DNA from: an uncultured delta proteobacterium
GTDB lineage: Bacteria > Desulfobacterota > Zymogenia > Zymogenales > Zymogenaceae
Direction: 5' to 3'
NCBI GenBank assembly: GCA_963792965.1
Contig: CAWBYW010000009.1
Location: forward strand, 160,001-224,000
Length of the DNA: 64,000 bases
How positions within the stretch are numbered: position 1 is the first letter of the stretch; every line of letters starts with the position of its first letter. A model generated the notes under the pieces. It made no database searches and had not been told where the DNA came from. It worked only from the letters and a program-made list of their open reading frames with translations. A program made the translations under genes and the position numbers. Shown in pieces: positions 29,905 through 39,009 of this stretch.

Positions 29905-30033
29905 GGTTATAGAGACGGATCATGAATGGTTTTATTGCACGGGGATGAAGATTTATTATAGCTTAATTATCTCTTTTGGGCGTGGGCTTTTTTCTCTGGT
30001 AGCGGGGTAAGCGGTAAGCATGGCGTCCCATAA

Positions 30034-30069
30034 GAAAGGGGGCGCGATTGCGCCCCCTACGGTTCTTTC
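30034..30069 (-). terminator. Intrinsic terminator after CoA ligase
   Basis: agggggcgc-gatt-gcgccccct hairpin, followed by tttct on the minus strand. Confidence 0.55.
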
Positions 30070-30110
30070 TGTCTCTTACCGGCCGGCCGAGTTCTCGCCG
30101 AGGCCGGGCT

Positions 30111-31694
30111 CTATTTCTTCTCCCCCTTTAGAAACCCGTCCTTGATCTCGCGCTTGAGGATCTTGCCCGTCGGCGTCATGGGTAGCTGAGGCATAAAGAT
30201 GACCTTCTTGGGCACCTTGTAGCCCGCCATGTTTTCCTTGGCGAACGCGATGATGTCCTGCTCGGTCACCTCCTCGTTGGGCCGCTTGACGACGAACGCC
30301 GTCACCGCCTCCGTCCAGTGGGGGTCGGGCATCCCGATGACCGCCGCCTGGGCAACCTTCGGGTGCTTGAGCAGAAGCCCCTCGACCTCCTGAGAAGAGA
30401 CGTTTTCTCCCCCGGACTTGATCATGTCTTTCTTGCGATCCTTGAAGATGACGTAGCCGTCTTCGTCGATGTACCCCATATCTCCCGTATGGAGCCACCC
30501 GTTTCGGAGTGCCTTATCGGTCAGCTTTTCGTTCTTCCAGTACCCCTTCATGACGGACGGTCCCCGGATGACCAGCTCGCCGACCTCACCGGTGCCAAGC
30601 TCCTTATCGTGATCGTCGAAGACCTTAACGGTCACGCCCGTATCGGGAATGCCGATAGAGGCGATCTTCTGGTCGAAGACCTCCGGCGAGGAGGTCGTCC
30701 CCACCGGGGAGCTCTCGGTCTGGCCGTAGTAGTTACGCCATTGGAGGTTCGGATTGATCGCTTTCCAGCGCTCGTGAACCACCGGCGGTAACACCGTACC
30801 AAAGGTGATGAACTTCTTGAGAGAGGATAGGTCGTACTTGTCAAAGTCCGGCATCATCGGGAGGACCTGATAGAGCGTCGGGGGGTAGACCCACATAGTG
30901 ACCTTATGTTCGGCCGTCTTCTTGAGGATATTGGCGGGGTCGGGGGCATACTCGATGATCGCCTTGGAGCCAAACGTGAGCGCACCCATCAACAGCGTTG
31001 TTCCGGCGACGTGAAAGAGCGGGATGTCGATGATCATCACGTCGTCCCGCTTGAAGTCGCAGTCGCAGGCCAGGTGAAACATGCTCATGAAATAGTTGAG
31101 ATGCGACGTCATGACGCCCTTGGGGAAGCTCTCGGTGCCGGTGGTGTACATGAGCGTGGCGATGTCGTTGGAATCGATGAAGACCTCGGGGTCTACCGTG
31201 GGATATTTGGACGAGAAGAACTCCTCGCTGTCGATCCATCCGTCGGGTTTCTTCTTTCCCGCCCCGATGTCAAGCCAACCGTAGTGAGAAATCCCCTTGA
31301 GCTTGTCCTTCACCTCCAGGACGTGCTCTGAAAGCGAGTCCTCAACGAAAAAGAGCTTCGGTTCGCTGTCTTTGACGATGTAGACGATTTCATCTTTTCT
31401 GAGCATGAAGTTAAGTGGCACCGGGACCGCGCCGATCTTCGCCAGTCCCAGGCGGCAGTAGATATAGTTGAGGCAGTTGTGCGTCATAAAGGCGACCCGG
31501 TCACCGCGCTTGACGCCGAGCTTGAGGAATGCGTGCGCCGCCTGACAGCTCTTCTCGTTAAGGGTCCAAAAACTGATCTCCTTGCCTGCGTAGACGAGCG
31601 CCGTGCGCGTCGTGAATCTGAGGGCCGACCTCGTGATAAGATCGCCGATAACGGCACGCCTCAGCAGGTTTTCATGAAGCTCGCTCAAGCTCAT
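30111..31694 (-). CDS. Acyl-CoA synthetase
   Basis: YTTGTESFPKG, YYGQTES, WLHTGDMG, IKSGGENV, PMTPTGKI. Confidence 0.92.
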   Translation of the reverse strand: MSLSELHENLLRRAVIGDLITRSALRFTTRTALVYAGKEISFWTLNEKSCQAAHAFLKLGVKRGDRVAFMTHNCLNYIYCRLGLAKIGAVPVPLNFMLRKDEIVYIVKDSEPKLFFVEDSLSEHVLEVKDKLKGISHYGWLDIGAGKKKPDGWIDSEEFFSSKYPTVDPEVFIDSNDIATLMYTTGTESFPKGVMTSHLNYFMSMFHLACDCDFKRDDVMIIDIPLFHVAGTTLLMGALTFGSKAIIEYAPDPANILKKTAEHKVTMWVYPPTLYQVLPMMPDFDKYDLSSLKKFITFGTVLPPVVHERWKAINPNLQWRNYYGQTESSPVGTTSSPEVFDQKIASIGIPDTGVTVKVFDDHDKELGTGEVGELVIRGPSVMKGYWKNEKLTDKALRNGWLHTGDMGYIDEDGYVIFKDRKKDMIKSGGENVSSQEVEGLLLKHPKVAQAAVIGMPDPHWTEAVTAFVVKRPNEEVTEQDIIAFAKENMAGYKVPKKVIFMPQLPMTPTGKILKREIKDGFLKGEKK

Positions 31695-31772
31695 AGTCGC
31701 CTCCTATAATGGAATATGTATGAAATAGATACCTTCAGTCCATATTTGCTCCTCTGGATTGCTCTCCCTCTC

Positions 31773-33224
31773 CTACTCCGTGATCCCGCAGATTCGCTTT
31801 GCGTCCCTCACCCGTGACTGGAGGGCTTCGCCCTTGGCCCACTCGTACATGGACAGCTTGCAGGCCTGGCCCGATCCGCCGCCGTGGGCCGCCGAGTGGC
31901 ACAACGCCCCGCCGCCGAAGGTCAGGTTCTCGATGAGCCTGACGATACGCGCACGATTCTCCGCCGACACGCCGTTTGCCCCCTTATAAATCCGGGAAAG
32001 GATCCCGGCGATCTCCGGGTTCTTGAACTCCTTTTCCCCCGGGAGCGTCGTGATAATGCCGCCGCAGATGTCCTCTGCCAGCCTGGTCAGCTCATAGACA
32101 ACCTTCGAGGCGATATACTTGGTATTGTTGCCAAGGACGATATCCGGGATCATCCCGACGCCGGGGGCGAATTCGGACTTGACGCAGGCCGCGATGCCGC
32201 ACGAGTACATCATCTCGTTATACATGATCATATCGGTGATTTTCTCACGGACATGCGACACCTTGTCAACGCCGATATATTCGGCGTGAGCCTGCACCGC
32301 CCCGATGAGGATGTCCGACCAGCCGGTCTTGCACCCGCCGGTGGTGGGCCGATGGGCGGCCCCGACCAGGTTGGTGAGCATGCCCGTGAAATCCGTCTCG
32401 CCGCACATGAAGACCCGCTCCCACGGCACGAAGACGTTGTCGAAGACGACGACCGTCTCGTGGAAGCCGTAGGTGATGTTGCCGAGGTCCCAGGTGGCCC
32501 CTTCTTTTCTGCGGTCGTCCTGGGAGTAGCGGGCCGAGATATTCGAGATCCCCTTGGCGTTGCCGGGGACCGCGCAGGCCACCGCGTAGTCCTCGGCACC
32601 CTTCCCGTGCGTGGTGCAGGGGATGACGAGCTTCTCGTGGGAGGCCACGGAGCCCGTCTGGGCGACCTTCGCACCCTTGAGGTAGATCCCCTCCTTGGTC
32701 TTATCCACCACCTTGAGGTACATCTCGGGATCTTCCTGTTTGTCGGCGGGCGTGCGCCGGTTCCCCTTGGGGTCGGTGATCGCCGGACAGCCGACCAGGT
32801 CGTTTTTCTGGTAGTACTTGATATATTGTACGGCGTTGTCGTAGTAGTGGGTCCCCTTTGCCTCGTCGATCTTTTGCGCCGTCATGAGGATCGGGATAAA
32901 GCCGTTCTGTACGCAGCGAAACGAGCACATCCCGATCCTCCGGTTGGCAAACCGTGTGATGTCGACCTTGCGGATATGATCCTCGACAGTCTGGGGGACA
33001 TGGGTCCAGCGGCTGATCGTGTCTCCCGTCAGGTGGGATTTAACAAGTATTTGATCGGCAAGCTCCTTCTCGTGCTGCATATCGTATGTGGCGGCCAGCG
33101 CATTTATCATCGGCCTCACGTGGGGGTGATTCACCACGTCCGCTCCGGTGATCTTCGTGCCGTCGATATAGAGGTTGAAATCCATATCGATCATGTCCTG
33201 GACGTACTCTTTTCCTGTCTTCAT
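31773..33224 (-). CDS. 4-hydroxybutyryl-CoA dehydratase-like protein (HpaB/AbfD family, FAD + 4Fe-4S)
   Basis: MCSFRC, ITDPKGNR, GAKVAQTG, ETVVVFDNVFVPWERVF, HRPTTGGCK, HGGGS. Confidence 0.85.
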   Translation of the reverse strand: MKTGKEYVQDMIDMDFNLYIDGTKITGADVVNHPHVRPMINALAATYDMQHEKELADQILVKSHLTGDTISRWTHVPQTVEDHIRKVDITRFANRRIGMCSFRCVQNGFIPILMTAQKIDEAKGTHYYDNAVQYIKYYQKNDLVGCPAITDPKGNRRTPADKQEDPEMYLKVVDKTKEGIYLKGAKVAQTGSVASHEKLVIPCTTHGKGAEDYAVACAVPGNAKGISNISARYSQDDRRKEGATWDLGNITYGFHETVVVFDNVFVPWERVFMCGETDFTGMLTNLVGAAHRPTTGGCKTGWSDILIGAVQAHAEYIGVDKVSHVREKITDMIMYNEMMYSCGIAACVKSEFAPGVGMIPDIVLGNNTKYIASKVVYELTRLAEDICGGIITTLPGEKEFKNPEIAGILSRIYKGANGVSAENRARIVRLIENLTFGGGALCHSAAHGGGSGQACKLSMYEWAKGEALQSRVRDAKRICGITE

Positions 33225-33322
33225 GCCCGTCTCCTTTCAATCGGTTGCTACGCGATTATTCACGATATTATAGTAAAACTTTCCTTTTTGTGTCTTGGCA
33301 CACCCCCCCTCCTAACCTTCCC

Positions 33323-33952
33323 TTATCTTTTTAGACCACGGGTGAATACCTCATACCCGGCGGCGAGCGTCGCCCGGAGGTAGTCCTTCCTTCCGTCGCG
33401 CATACGTTTGGCCTCCTCCCAGACCACAAGGCCCGTGAAGAGCCCCCACAGCGCGTCGGCCATCGCTATCGGATTTCCGGGAATGAAAACACCCGTGTCG
33501 ATGCCCTCCTGGAGGATCGATGCAAGTCTATCGATGGCGTTTTTCCCGCTTTCGTCCAGCACCGCCCTCAAACGATCAGACAACAAGGGGATGGTGCCCT
33601 CGATATGCGTATGGAGCAGCGCCCTCAGCGCGAGCGGATCCCTGCAGAAGACGTCGTACATCGCCTCCCACACCCGGTCGAGCTTTCGCACGGGGGAGAG
33701 GTCTGTGACCGCGGCGATCTCGGTGACTACGCGCTCAAATGAGGAGGCCGTATCGAGATTCAACGAGGCGTAGAGCTCGTCCTTGTTCATGAAGTAGAGG
33801 TAGATGGCCGCAGGCGACAGCTCCGCCTCCTGGGCAATGGCCTCGATCGTCGCGCCGACAAATCCGCGCTCGAGGAAAACCGTCTTTGCGGCCTTGAGTA
33901 TGGAATCCCGTCTGGCTTCTTTTTCTTTTTGTTTTCGTTCGGCTATTCCCAT
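33323..33952 (-). CDS. TetR/AcrR family regulator (paralogue of 17798-18433)
   Basis: HTH ATIEAIAQEAELSPAAIYLYFMNKDEL. Confidence 0.92.
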   Translation of the reverse strand: MGIAERKQKEKEARRDSILKAAKTVFLERGFVGATIEAIAQEAELSPAAIYLYFMNKDELYASLNLDTASSFERVVTEIAAVTDLSPVRKLDRVWEAMYDVFCRDPLALRALLHTHIEGTIPLLSDRLRAVLDESGKNAIDRLASILQEGIDTGVFIPGNPIAMADALWGLFTGLVVWEEAKRMRDGRKDYLRATLAAGYEVFTRGLKR

Positions 33953-34001
33953 GAGAGAAGTTCCCTTTCTAAATTCGCCACAATTACTTAATGAGCTTCA
34001 G

Positions 34002-34022
34002 AAACTAAATAGTATTTAGTTT
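34002..34022. promoter_or_regulatory. Perfect palindrome, putative TetR operator next to a TTGACA -35
   Basis: aaactaaata-g-tatttagttt; tgtcaa at 34032-34037. Confidence 0.65.
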
Positions 34023-34189
34023 GCACGGCTTTGTCAAGAAAAAAATCACCGACTTTTTGTAGGGTTTCCCGGCGGGTGAGTTAGCTGAGCAAAGGAAAAG
34101 GGGAAAGACTCGTTCGGGGCGGCCGAGCGGAGATAACCTCGACGGAAAAGCACGCCGGTTTTAGAGGTACAGCGCCTCCGGCACATGAT

Positions 34190-34218
34190 AAAACAAAGCC
34201 CTCTCTTGCGAGAGGGCT
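34190..34218 (-). terminator. Intrinsic terminator
   Basis: Minus strand agccctctc-gcaa-gagagggct-ttgtttt. Confidence 0.7.
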
Positions 34219-34292
34219 CTCTGTAGTAAAGGACAATTAAGGCATTCTGAGGGCTCCTGTGTCTTCGCGAGGCGAGCCGACCCGGATGCCTC

Positions 34293-34457
34293 CTATCGAC
34301 CCAGGAGCTCAAAGCTCTGAAATTCCGACGGGGCAATCACAGAACCGGGGCCCATCTTACCATACTCATAGGTTCCGTTCGCAAAGGCCGGTACGATTGA
34401 ACCAACCAGAACCGACAGACCGAGCAGAAAAGCAACCACTAAGTGTTTCGTGTTCAT
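34293..34457 (-). CDS. Small secreted protein (54 aa), below ORF-track cutoff
   Basis: AAGGAGG RBS; MNTKHLVVAFLLGLSVLVGSIVPAFA^NGTYEYGKMGPGSVIAPSEFQSFELLGR; terminator downstream. Confidence 0.65.
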   Translation of the reverse strand: MNTKHLVVAFLLGLSVLVGSIVPAFANGTYEYGKMGPGSVIAPSEFQSFELLGR

Positions 34458-34605
34458 CTTTTATCCTCCTTGTGATACTTAATCACTATCAATTTGGTAG
34501 TATAGATGCACCACCGCTTCGAAGGGTTCGCCCCGTCAAAATAATAATGGGTGGATGGGAATAATTCTTGACATAATAGAATATATATTCTAATATAATG
34601 GCGAC

Positions 34606-35205
34606 ATGGGCAGAAACGCAAAATTCGACGATGAAGAGTTTATCCGGGCGGCGCTGGTCATCGTCTCGGAAGAGGGGCCCGGCGGCCTTACCGCGTCAGC
34701 CATCTCAAAGAAGACCGGGGCGCCGATCGGTTCCGTGTACCACCGCTTCCCTTCATTGGACCACATCGCGGCCCGGTTGTGGCTCGACATCGTCGGGTCG
34801 TTCCAGGACGGTTTCCTCGGCGCGCTCGAGAGAGGCGACGGGCGTGCCGCCGCGCTCCATACGCCCCGCTGGGCCAGGGAGCATGTCAGCGAAGGCAGAG
34901 TCCTGCTCCTCTTCCGCCGCGAGGAGGTGATGGGCACAGAATGGCCCGTTGAAGTGAGAGAGCGGGCTGCCGCCCTGGCTCACCAACTGGACGAGGGGTT
35001 TCAGGCCTTTGTCCGACGAAGATTCGGGAGCATCACGAAAGATACCATGAGAACCGCACGCTTTGCCCTGATCGATGTGCCCTACGCGGCCGTGAAGAGA
35101 CACCTTGAGGCAGGTGAAATGCCGCCGGAGATTGTCGACCGGCTGATCGAAAAGACATATCATTGCGTCATGGGAGGAAATGATGAGAATCTGGAACGTA
35201 CATGA
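34606..35205 (+). CDS. TetR/AcrR family regulator
   Basis: LTASAISKKTGAPIGSVYHRFPS. Confidence 0.88.
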   Translation: MGRNAKFDDEEFIRAALVIVSEEGPGGLTASAISKKTGAPIGSVYHRFPSLDHIAARLWLDIVGSFQDGFLGALERGDGRAAALHTPRWAREHVSEGRVLLLFRREEVMGTEWPVEVRERAAALAHQLDEGFQAFVRRRFGSITKDTMRTARFALIDVPYAAVKRHLEAGEMPPEIVDRLIEKTYHCVMGGNDENLERT

Positions 35206-35680
35206 ACGGTGCCTGGATGCGTCTGAGGAAAAGGTCGGTGCACTCCTTAATACCCTCTCGAGCAAAAACGATCGGCTGTGGCCGGGCGACCGCTGGCCCC
35301 CCCAACGGTTTGACGCACCGCTGGGTGTTGGGGCGCGCGGTGGTCACGGGCCGGTGCGATACACCGTCTCGGCATACCTGCCCGGGAAGCTCGCGGAGTT
35401 TCGATTCGACGGCACAGGGCTGACGGCAGCATGGGACGGAAGGCACCTCTTCGAGGTCATCCCGCACAAAACCCACGTGATCCTCCGGCATACGATAGAC
35501 GCCGATTGTGACGCGCGCGCATGGCCTACCTGGTTTTTTATGATCCGGCCGATGCATAATGCCCTCATGGAGGACGCGCTGGACCGCGCAGAAGTCGGGC
35601 TCGACGTCGGGCCGAAAAGGCCGGCCCGGTGGGGGGTGTGGGTCAGGTTTCTGAGACGGATGGCGCCACGAAAGGCGTAA
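35180..35680 (+). CDS. SRPBCC-like hypothetical protein
   Basis: NVHER...DRLWP..RWP...LGVGARGGHGPVRY...IRPMHNALMEDALD; coupled to TetR. Confidence 0.65.
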   Translation: MMRIWNVHERCLDASEEKVGALLNTLSSKNDRLWPGDRWPPQRFDAPLGVGARGGHGPVRYTVSAYLPGKLAEFRFDGTGLTAAWDGRHLFEVIPHKTHVILRHTIDADCDARAWPTWFFMIRPMHNALMEDALDRAEVGLDVGPKRPARWGVWVRFLRRMAPRKA

Positions 35681-35787
35681 CGATTCGGTCGATCGCAACG
35701 GCTCCACAGGGGCGACGGCAGCCCGTAGGACGTATAGATCGTCCCTGCCCGAGCACGCAGGAATTCTCCTGGTGCGAATCTACCCCC

Positions 35788-36345
35788 TTATCCTTTGGCC
35801 GTGTTACGACCCGTGCCCTGCTTCCGCCACAGATAGCCGCGGAGGAATCTAAGAAAGAATTTCTTGGAGGCGAGCATTGTAAGCCCTGAAGCCGCGAGCC
35901 CGTCCTCCAACTCCCGCCACGTAAAGCCATAGGGTGGCTCCTCGACAAGGAGGACACCGCCGGGCTTGAGCGTTCTGACGATCTCCTTGACGGCGCCTTT
36001 CCAGTTCCTTATGTGGTGAAGGACACCGAAGATGAAAACCGCGTCGCAGGTACCATCCGGCAGATCAATGTCGGTCATGTCCCCCACGAAGAAATCTATC
36101 CCGAGGCCTCTTTTTCGCGCCAGCTTGATCTGTTCCGGCATGAGATCAAAGGCGATTACCCGAGACGGCGTAAACTCGTTCATAATAAGCTGTGTGCCGT
36201 AGCCGGAACCGCATCCGGCATCCATGATTACTGTTCCCGTGAGATTGATATTGTGAGTTCTCAGGAGCTCCCGGAAAGACGCGAACTCGACATGCTTGTG
36301 AAGGAAACGTCGCACGGGGTTATTCATCGCCAGGAATTCCACCAT
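35788..36345 (-). CDS. Class I SAM-dependent methyltransferase
   Basis: MDAGCGSG, VLHH, LKPGG. Confidence 0.88.
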   Translation of the reverse strand: MVEFLAMNNPVRRFLHKHVEFASFRELLRTHNINLTGTVIMDAGCGSGYGTQLIMNEFTPSRVIAFDLMPEQIKLARKRGLGIDFFVGDMTDIDLPDGTCDAVFIFGVLHHIRNWKGAVKEIVRTLKPGGVLLVEEPPYGFTWRELEDGLAASGLTMLASKKFFLRFLRGYLWRKQGTGRNTAKG

Positions 36346-36393
36346 ACCCAGCCGCCCCGTCTCGGCCGTACGTCCTGCGTGATGTTTTCTCTA

Positions 36394-37167
36394 TCAGGTT
36401 TCATACTGTTTATTCCTCTCGAATTTACCGGTCCATTCAGAGTTTGATTCTGGAGGCCACCCAGAAGGGCATTCTTTCTTTTGTCTGCAAAACCTGAAAT
36501 TGCAGACTTCTTGGCCATTGGCGACAGTTTGCGTTCTTTCAACACTCATCCCCATCGATTTCCACTTCGGCCAATCAGTAAGACACAGATAGGGAACTAA
36601 TTTTTCAAGTCCTTGAGAACACCAGAACTTATGAATCGCACATTCCCTGATATCATAGCCATACAGATAGTCTTCTCCTCCCTCTATAAAATCGGAGACC
36701 CAATCCGCGGGAAACCTGCGAAGCTGAGACTCCTTTGCTGCCAGTTTCCATTTTTCGATATTCTGTTCCTTGAAAAAGGAAAGCCTCTTAACGAGTCGGA
36801 ACGGGATCGGAATAGTATTATACGTCGTCTCGGCGAGCTTAAAAATAAACTCGCCTATCTCTCTCGTCGAAAGACGCTCCTCTTTCATGATACTGGCCAT
36901 CGGCATCAAGAAAGTCGCCAATACAAGGTTATAGTAAAAGGCGTTCTTCTTGCCGCCGATATCTGGAACTAACGGATAGAGCGATTTGAACACATCTCGA
37001 GCTCTCTTCAGCCAGATATTGGTTTTCTGTTTTCCATAACGCTTCTTCAGCACCTTCTTTTGAAAGAAAGCGGAAATATCGAATGCGAGCAATATTCTCG
37101 CAGATACCTCGACACTATCCTGACTCATCCTAAGCCTCCAATAACCGCTTATCAAGTAACGTAGCAT
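36394..37167 (-). CDS. L-2-amino-thiazoline-4-carboxylate hydrolase-like family protein
   Basis: YGYDIRECAIHKF...YLCLTD...RTQTVANG..VCNFRF; start uncertain. Confidence 0.65.
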   Translation of the reverse strand: MLRYLISGYWRLRMSQDSVEVSARILLAFDISAFFQKKVLKKRYGKQKTNIWLKRARDVFKSLYPLVPDIGGKKNAFYYNLVLATFLMPMASIMKEERLSTREIGEFIFKLAETTYNTIPIPFRLVKRLSFFKEQNIEKWKLAAKESQLRRFPADWVSDFIEGGEDYLYGYDIRECAIHKFWCSQGLEKLVPYLCLTDWPKWKSMGMSVERTQTVANGQEVCNFRFCRQKKECPSGWPPESNSEWTGKFERNKQYET

Positions 37168-37205
37168 TCCAAGGGGTCAGAGAAAGAACTAGATTAGATA
37201 GAATC

Positions 37206-37962
37206 CTAATTTCCTTCCTTTTTCCCTCCGATTGGAACAAGGTTATTCACCCCAAAAGCCTTCCCGTGAGCGGGGTAGATGGTCTTTGCCCCGTATGCTC
37301 TTAGTTTCTCCCAGCTTGCATAGACCTCATCGATGTCCATGATGAATATCGGATGATAGTGTATGGTGCAGACCTTGAGAAAATTCATGGCGGCGTCCCC
37401 GACGAAGGCGTCGCCGTTTGACATCACAACGGACATTGAGTCGCTGGTGTGCCCCGGCGTGTAAAGGATATCACCATCGATTCCGATGGACCGCAAAAAT
37501 CCGCGATCGTCTCCTGCCACCACATGGTCATCTCGTCTCGGGACAACGGGTGGACAGACACGCTTGCGAAAAAAGGAGAATATCCCGAGAATCACCTTGA
37601 CGCGCCGGTTCAGCGGCCTTGATTTACCCTCAAAGACGCCGCGGGCAAGAAACGGCAGGGCCTTCTCGTGGACGATGAGCCTTGCGCCGGTCTTTTCGAG
37701 GAGCTCGGCCGCAAAGCCCGCGTGATCATCGTGATGATGGGTCAAAAGGAGATATTTTATCTTCGGACGGATCGATACCGAAGTCTTTCGAGCTGCTTCA
37801 CGTGTTTTTCATACTCATTAGGAAAGCCGCAATCGATCTGAAGATACCCGCCGTCGCAGGGCAACAGATAGCAGTTTGTCATGCCAGAGCTTGATGATTT
37901 TAACGGCCCGGCTCCTTCTTTTCCCTCGGCCCGATTCGTGTCACGATTATCCCTGTCGTCAT
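37206..37962 (-). pseudogene. MBL-fold metallo-hydrolase, frameshifted in N-terminal part
   Basis: THHHDDHAG, TPGHTSDS, GDAA, YPAHG in 37206-37745; upstream GMTNCYLL..GYLQIDCG and GIDPSE lie in other frames. Confidence 0.8.
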
Positions 37963-38040
37963 TTCTTTACCTCACTCCAGACATGATATAGAGATTCGAC
38001 CCTATTCCTAATGTCCTGGTCCCTCTCTGCCTGTTGAAGT

Positions 38041-38090
38041 ATATGAGAAATATCTCATATTGTCAATAGAAAAATGAGATACTATCTCAT
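38041..38090. promoter_or_regulatory. Two inverted repeats (ATGAGA..TCTCAT), putative TetR operators between divergent genes
   Basis: atatgagaaatatctcatat (38041-38060) and atgagatactatctcat (38074-38090). Confidence 0.65.
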
Positions 38091-38206
38091 ATTATTCTTC
38101 TCGCTTTTCACTTTCCGGTGTATAATAAATGAGTTTCCCGGTCGGAACGACAAGGGTCGCGTCGCTACAGATGTAGCGGAGATTTGCCGGCGAATCGTGA
38201 GGCGAA

Positions 38207-38846
38207 ATGGATACCGTGGAAAATCGAGAGAAAGGAGAGTCAGGGACCCGGTTCAGACCCGGGCAATCAGGACGAAACAGAAGATCATGGAGGCCGGCGA
38301 GACCTCTTTTCGAAGCGCGGGCTACCATAATGTCACCGCCGACGAAATCGCCCGCGCCGCCGGGGCGAGCGTCGGGAGCTTTTATGCCTATTTTGCCGGA
38401 TAAACGCGATCTCTTTTTGGCCGTGCTGGACGACTATTTCGCGCGATCGAGGCGTCGTCATGGAGGGGGTCGACGCGACATCGCCTCTGTCCGAAAGGCC
38501 AACGTCTCTTCCTTCATCATGAATACGATCAGTCTGCTGGTTTCAGTCACATCAGACGCATCCCCGCTCCTCAATAGGGAAATGCTGAAGATGTCGACTG
38601 GCCGATAGAGAGGTGAAGTCGCCGCCTGACGAGATGGACGCGACGGGTGGTACGATCCTTGAGGGAGGCATTATATCGACGGGCATGGACAGACGCGGGC
38701 CAGGGCCAAGGCGTTCGTCATCTATCACGCCGGCCGAAGGGATAATCCACCGGATTAGTCCTCGGCCTGAAGAGCAGATCGAGGAGGAGGCGGTGTTGTT
38801 GGAGATGACGCGGCTCTTCGCCTCCTATCTGACGGAGATCATGTGA
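38207..38846 (+). pseudogene. TetR family regulator, multiply frameshifted
   Basis: RDPVQTRAIRTKQKI...VTADEIARAAGASVGSFYAYF / DKRDLFLAVLDDY / EMTRLFASYL split across frames. Confidence 0.8.
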
Positions 38847-39009
38847 TCCGCAGATGGGGCCCTGCCCCAAGCCCCTCGCGACAGCAAATCCGCCCATTAT
38901 ATTTTTCTCATCCTTCCCATATCTCTTGACTCGCCCGACTATCTGGGATAAGAATAAAACATTCCCACACACAATGAGACCACCCATCCTGGTAGCATAC
39001 GGAGGTGCT

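Noticed and set aside
28810-30062. GGGGGCGC-N4-GCGCCCCC hairpins (about 28813 and 30038) as a REP family
   Set aside because: Only two copies, both right after gene ends; simplest explanation is terminators.
34170-34295. Pyrrolysine read-through of the TAG in the small peptide gene
   Set aside because: The read-through frame runs through the terminator hairpin and no pyl genes are in the window.
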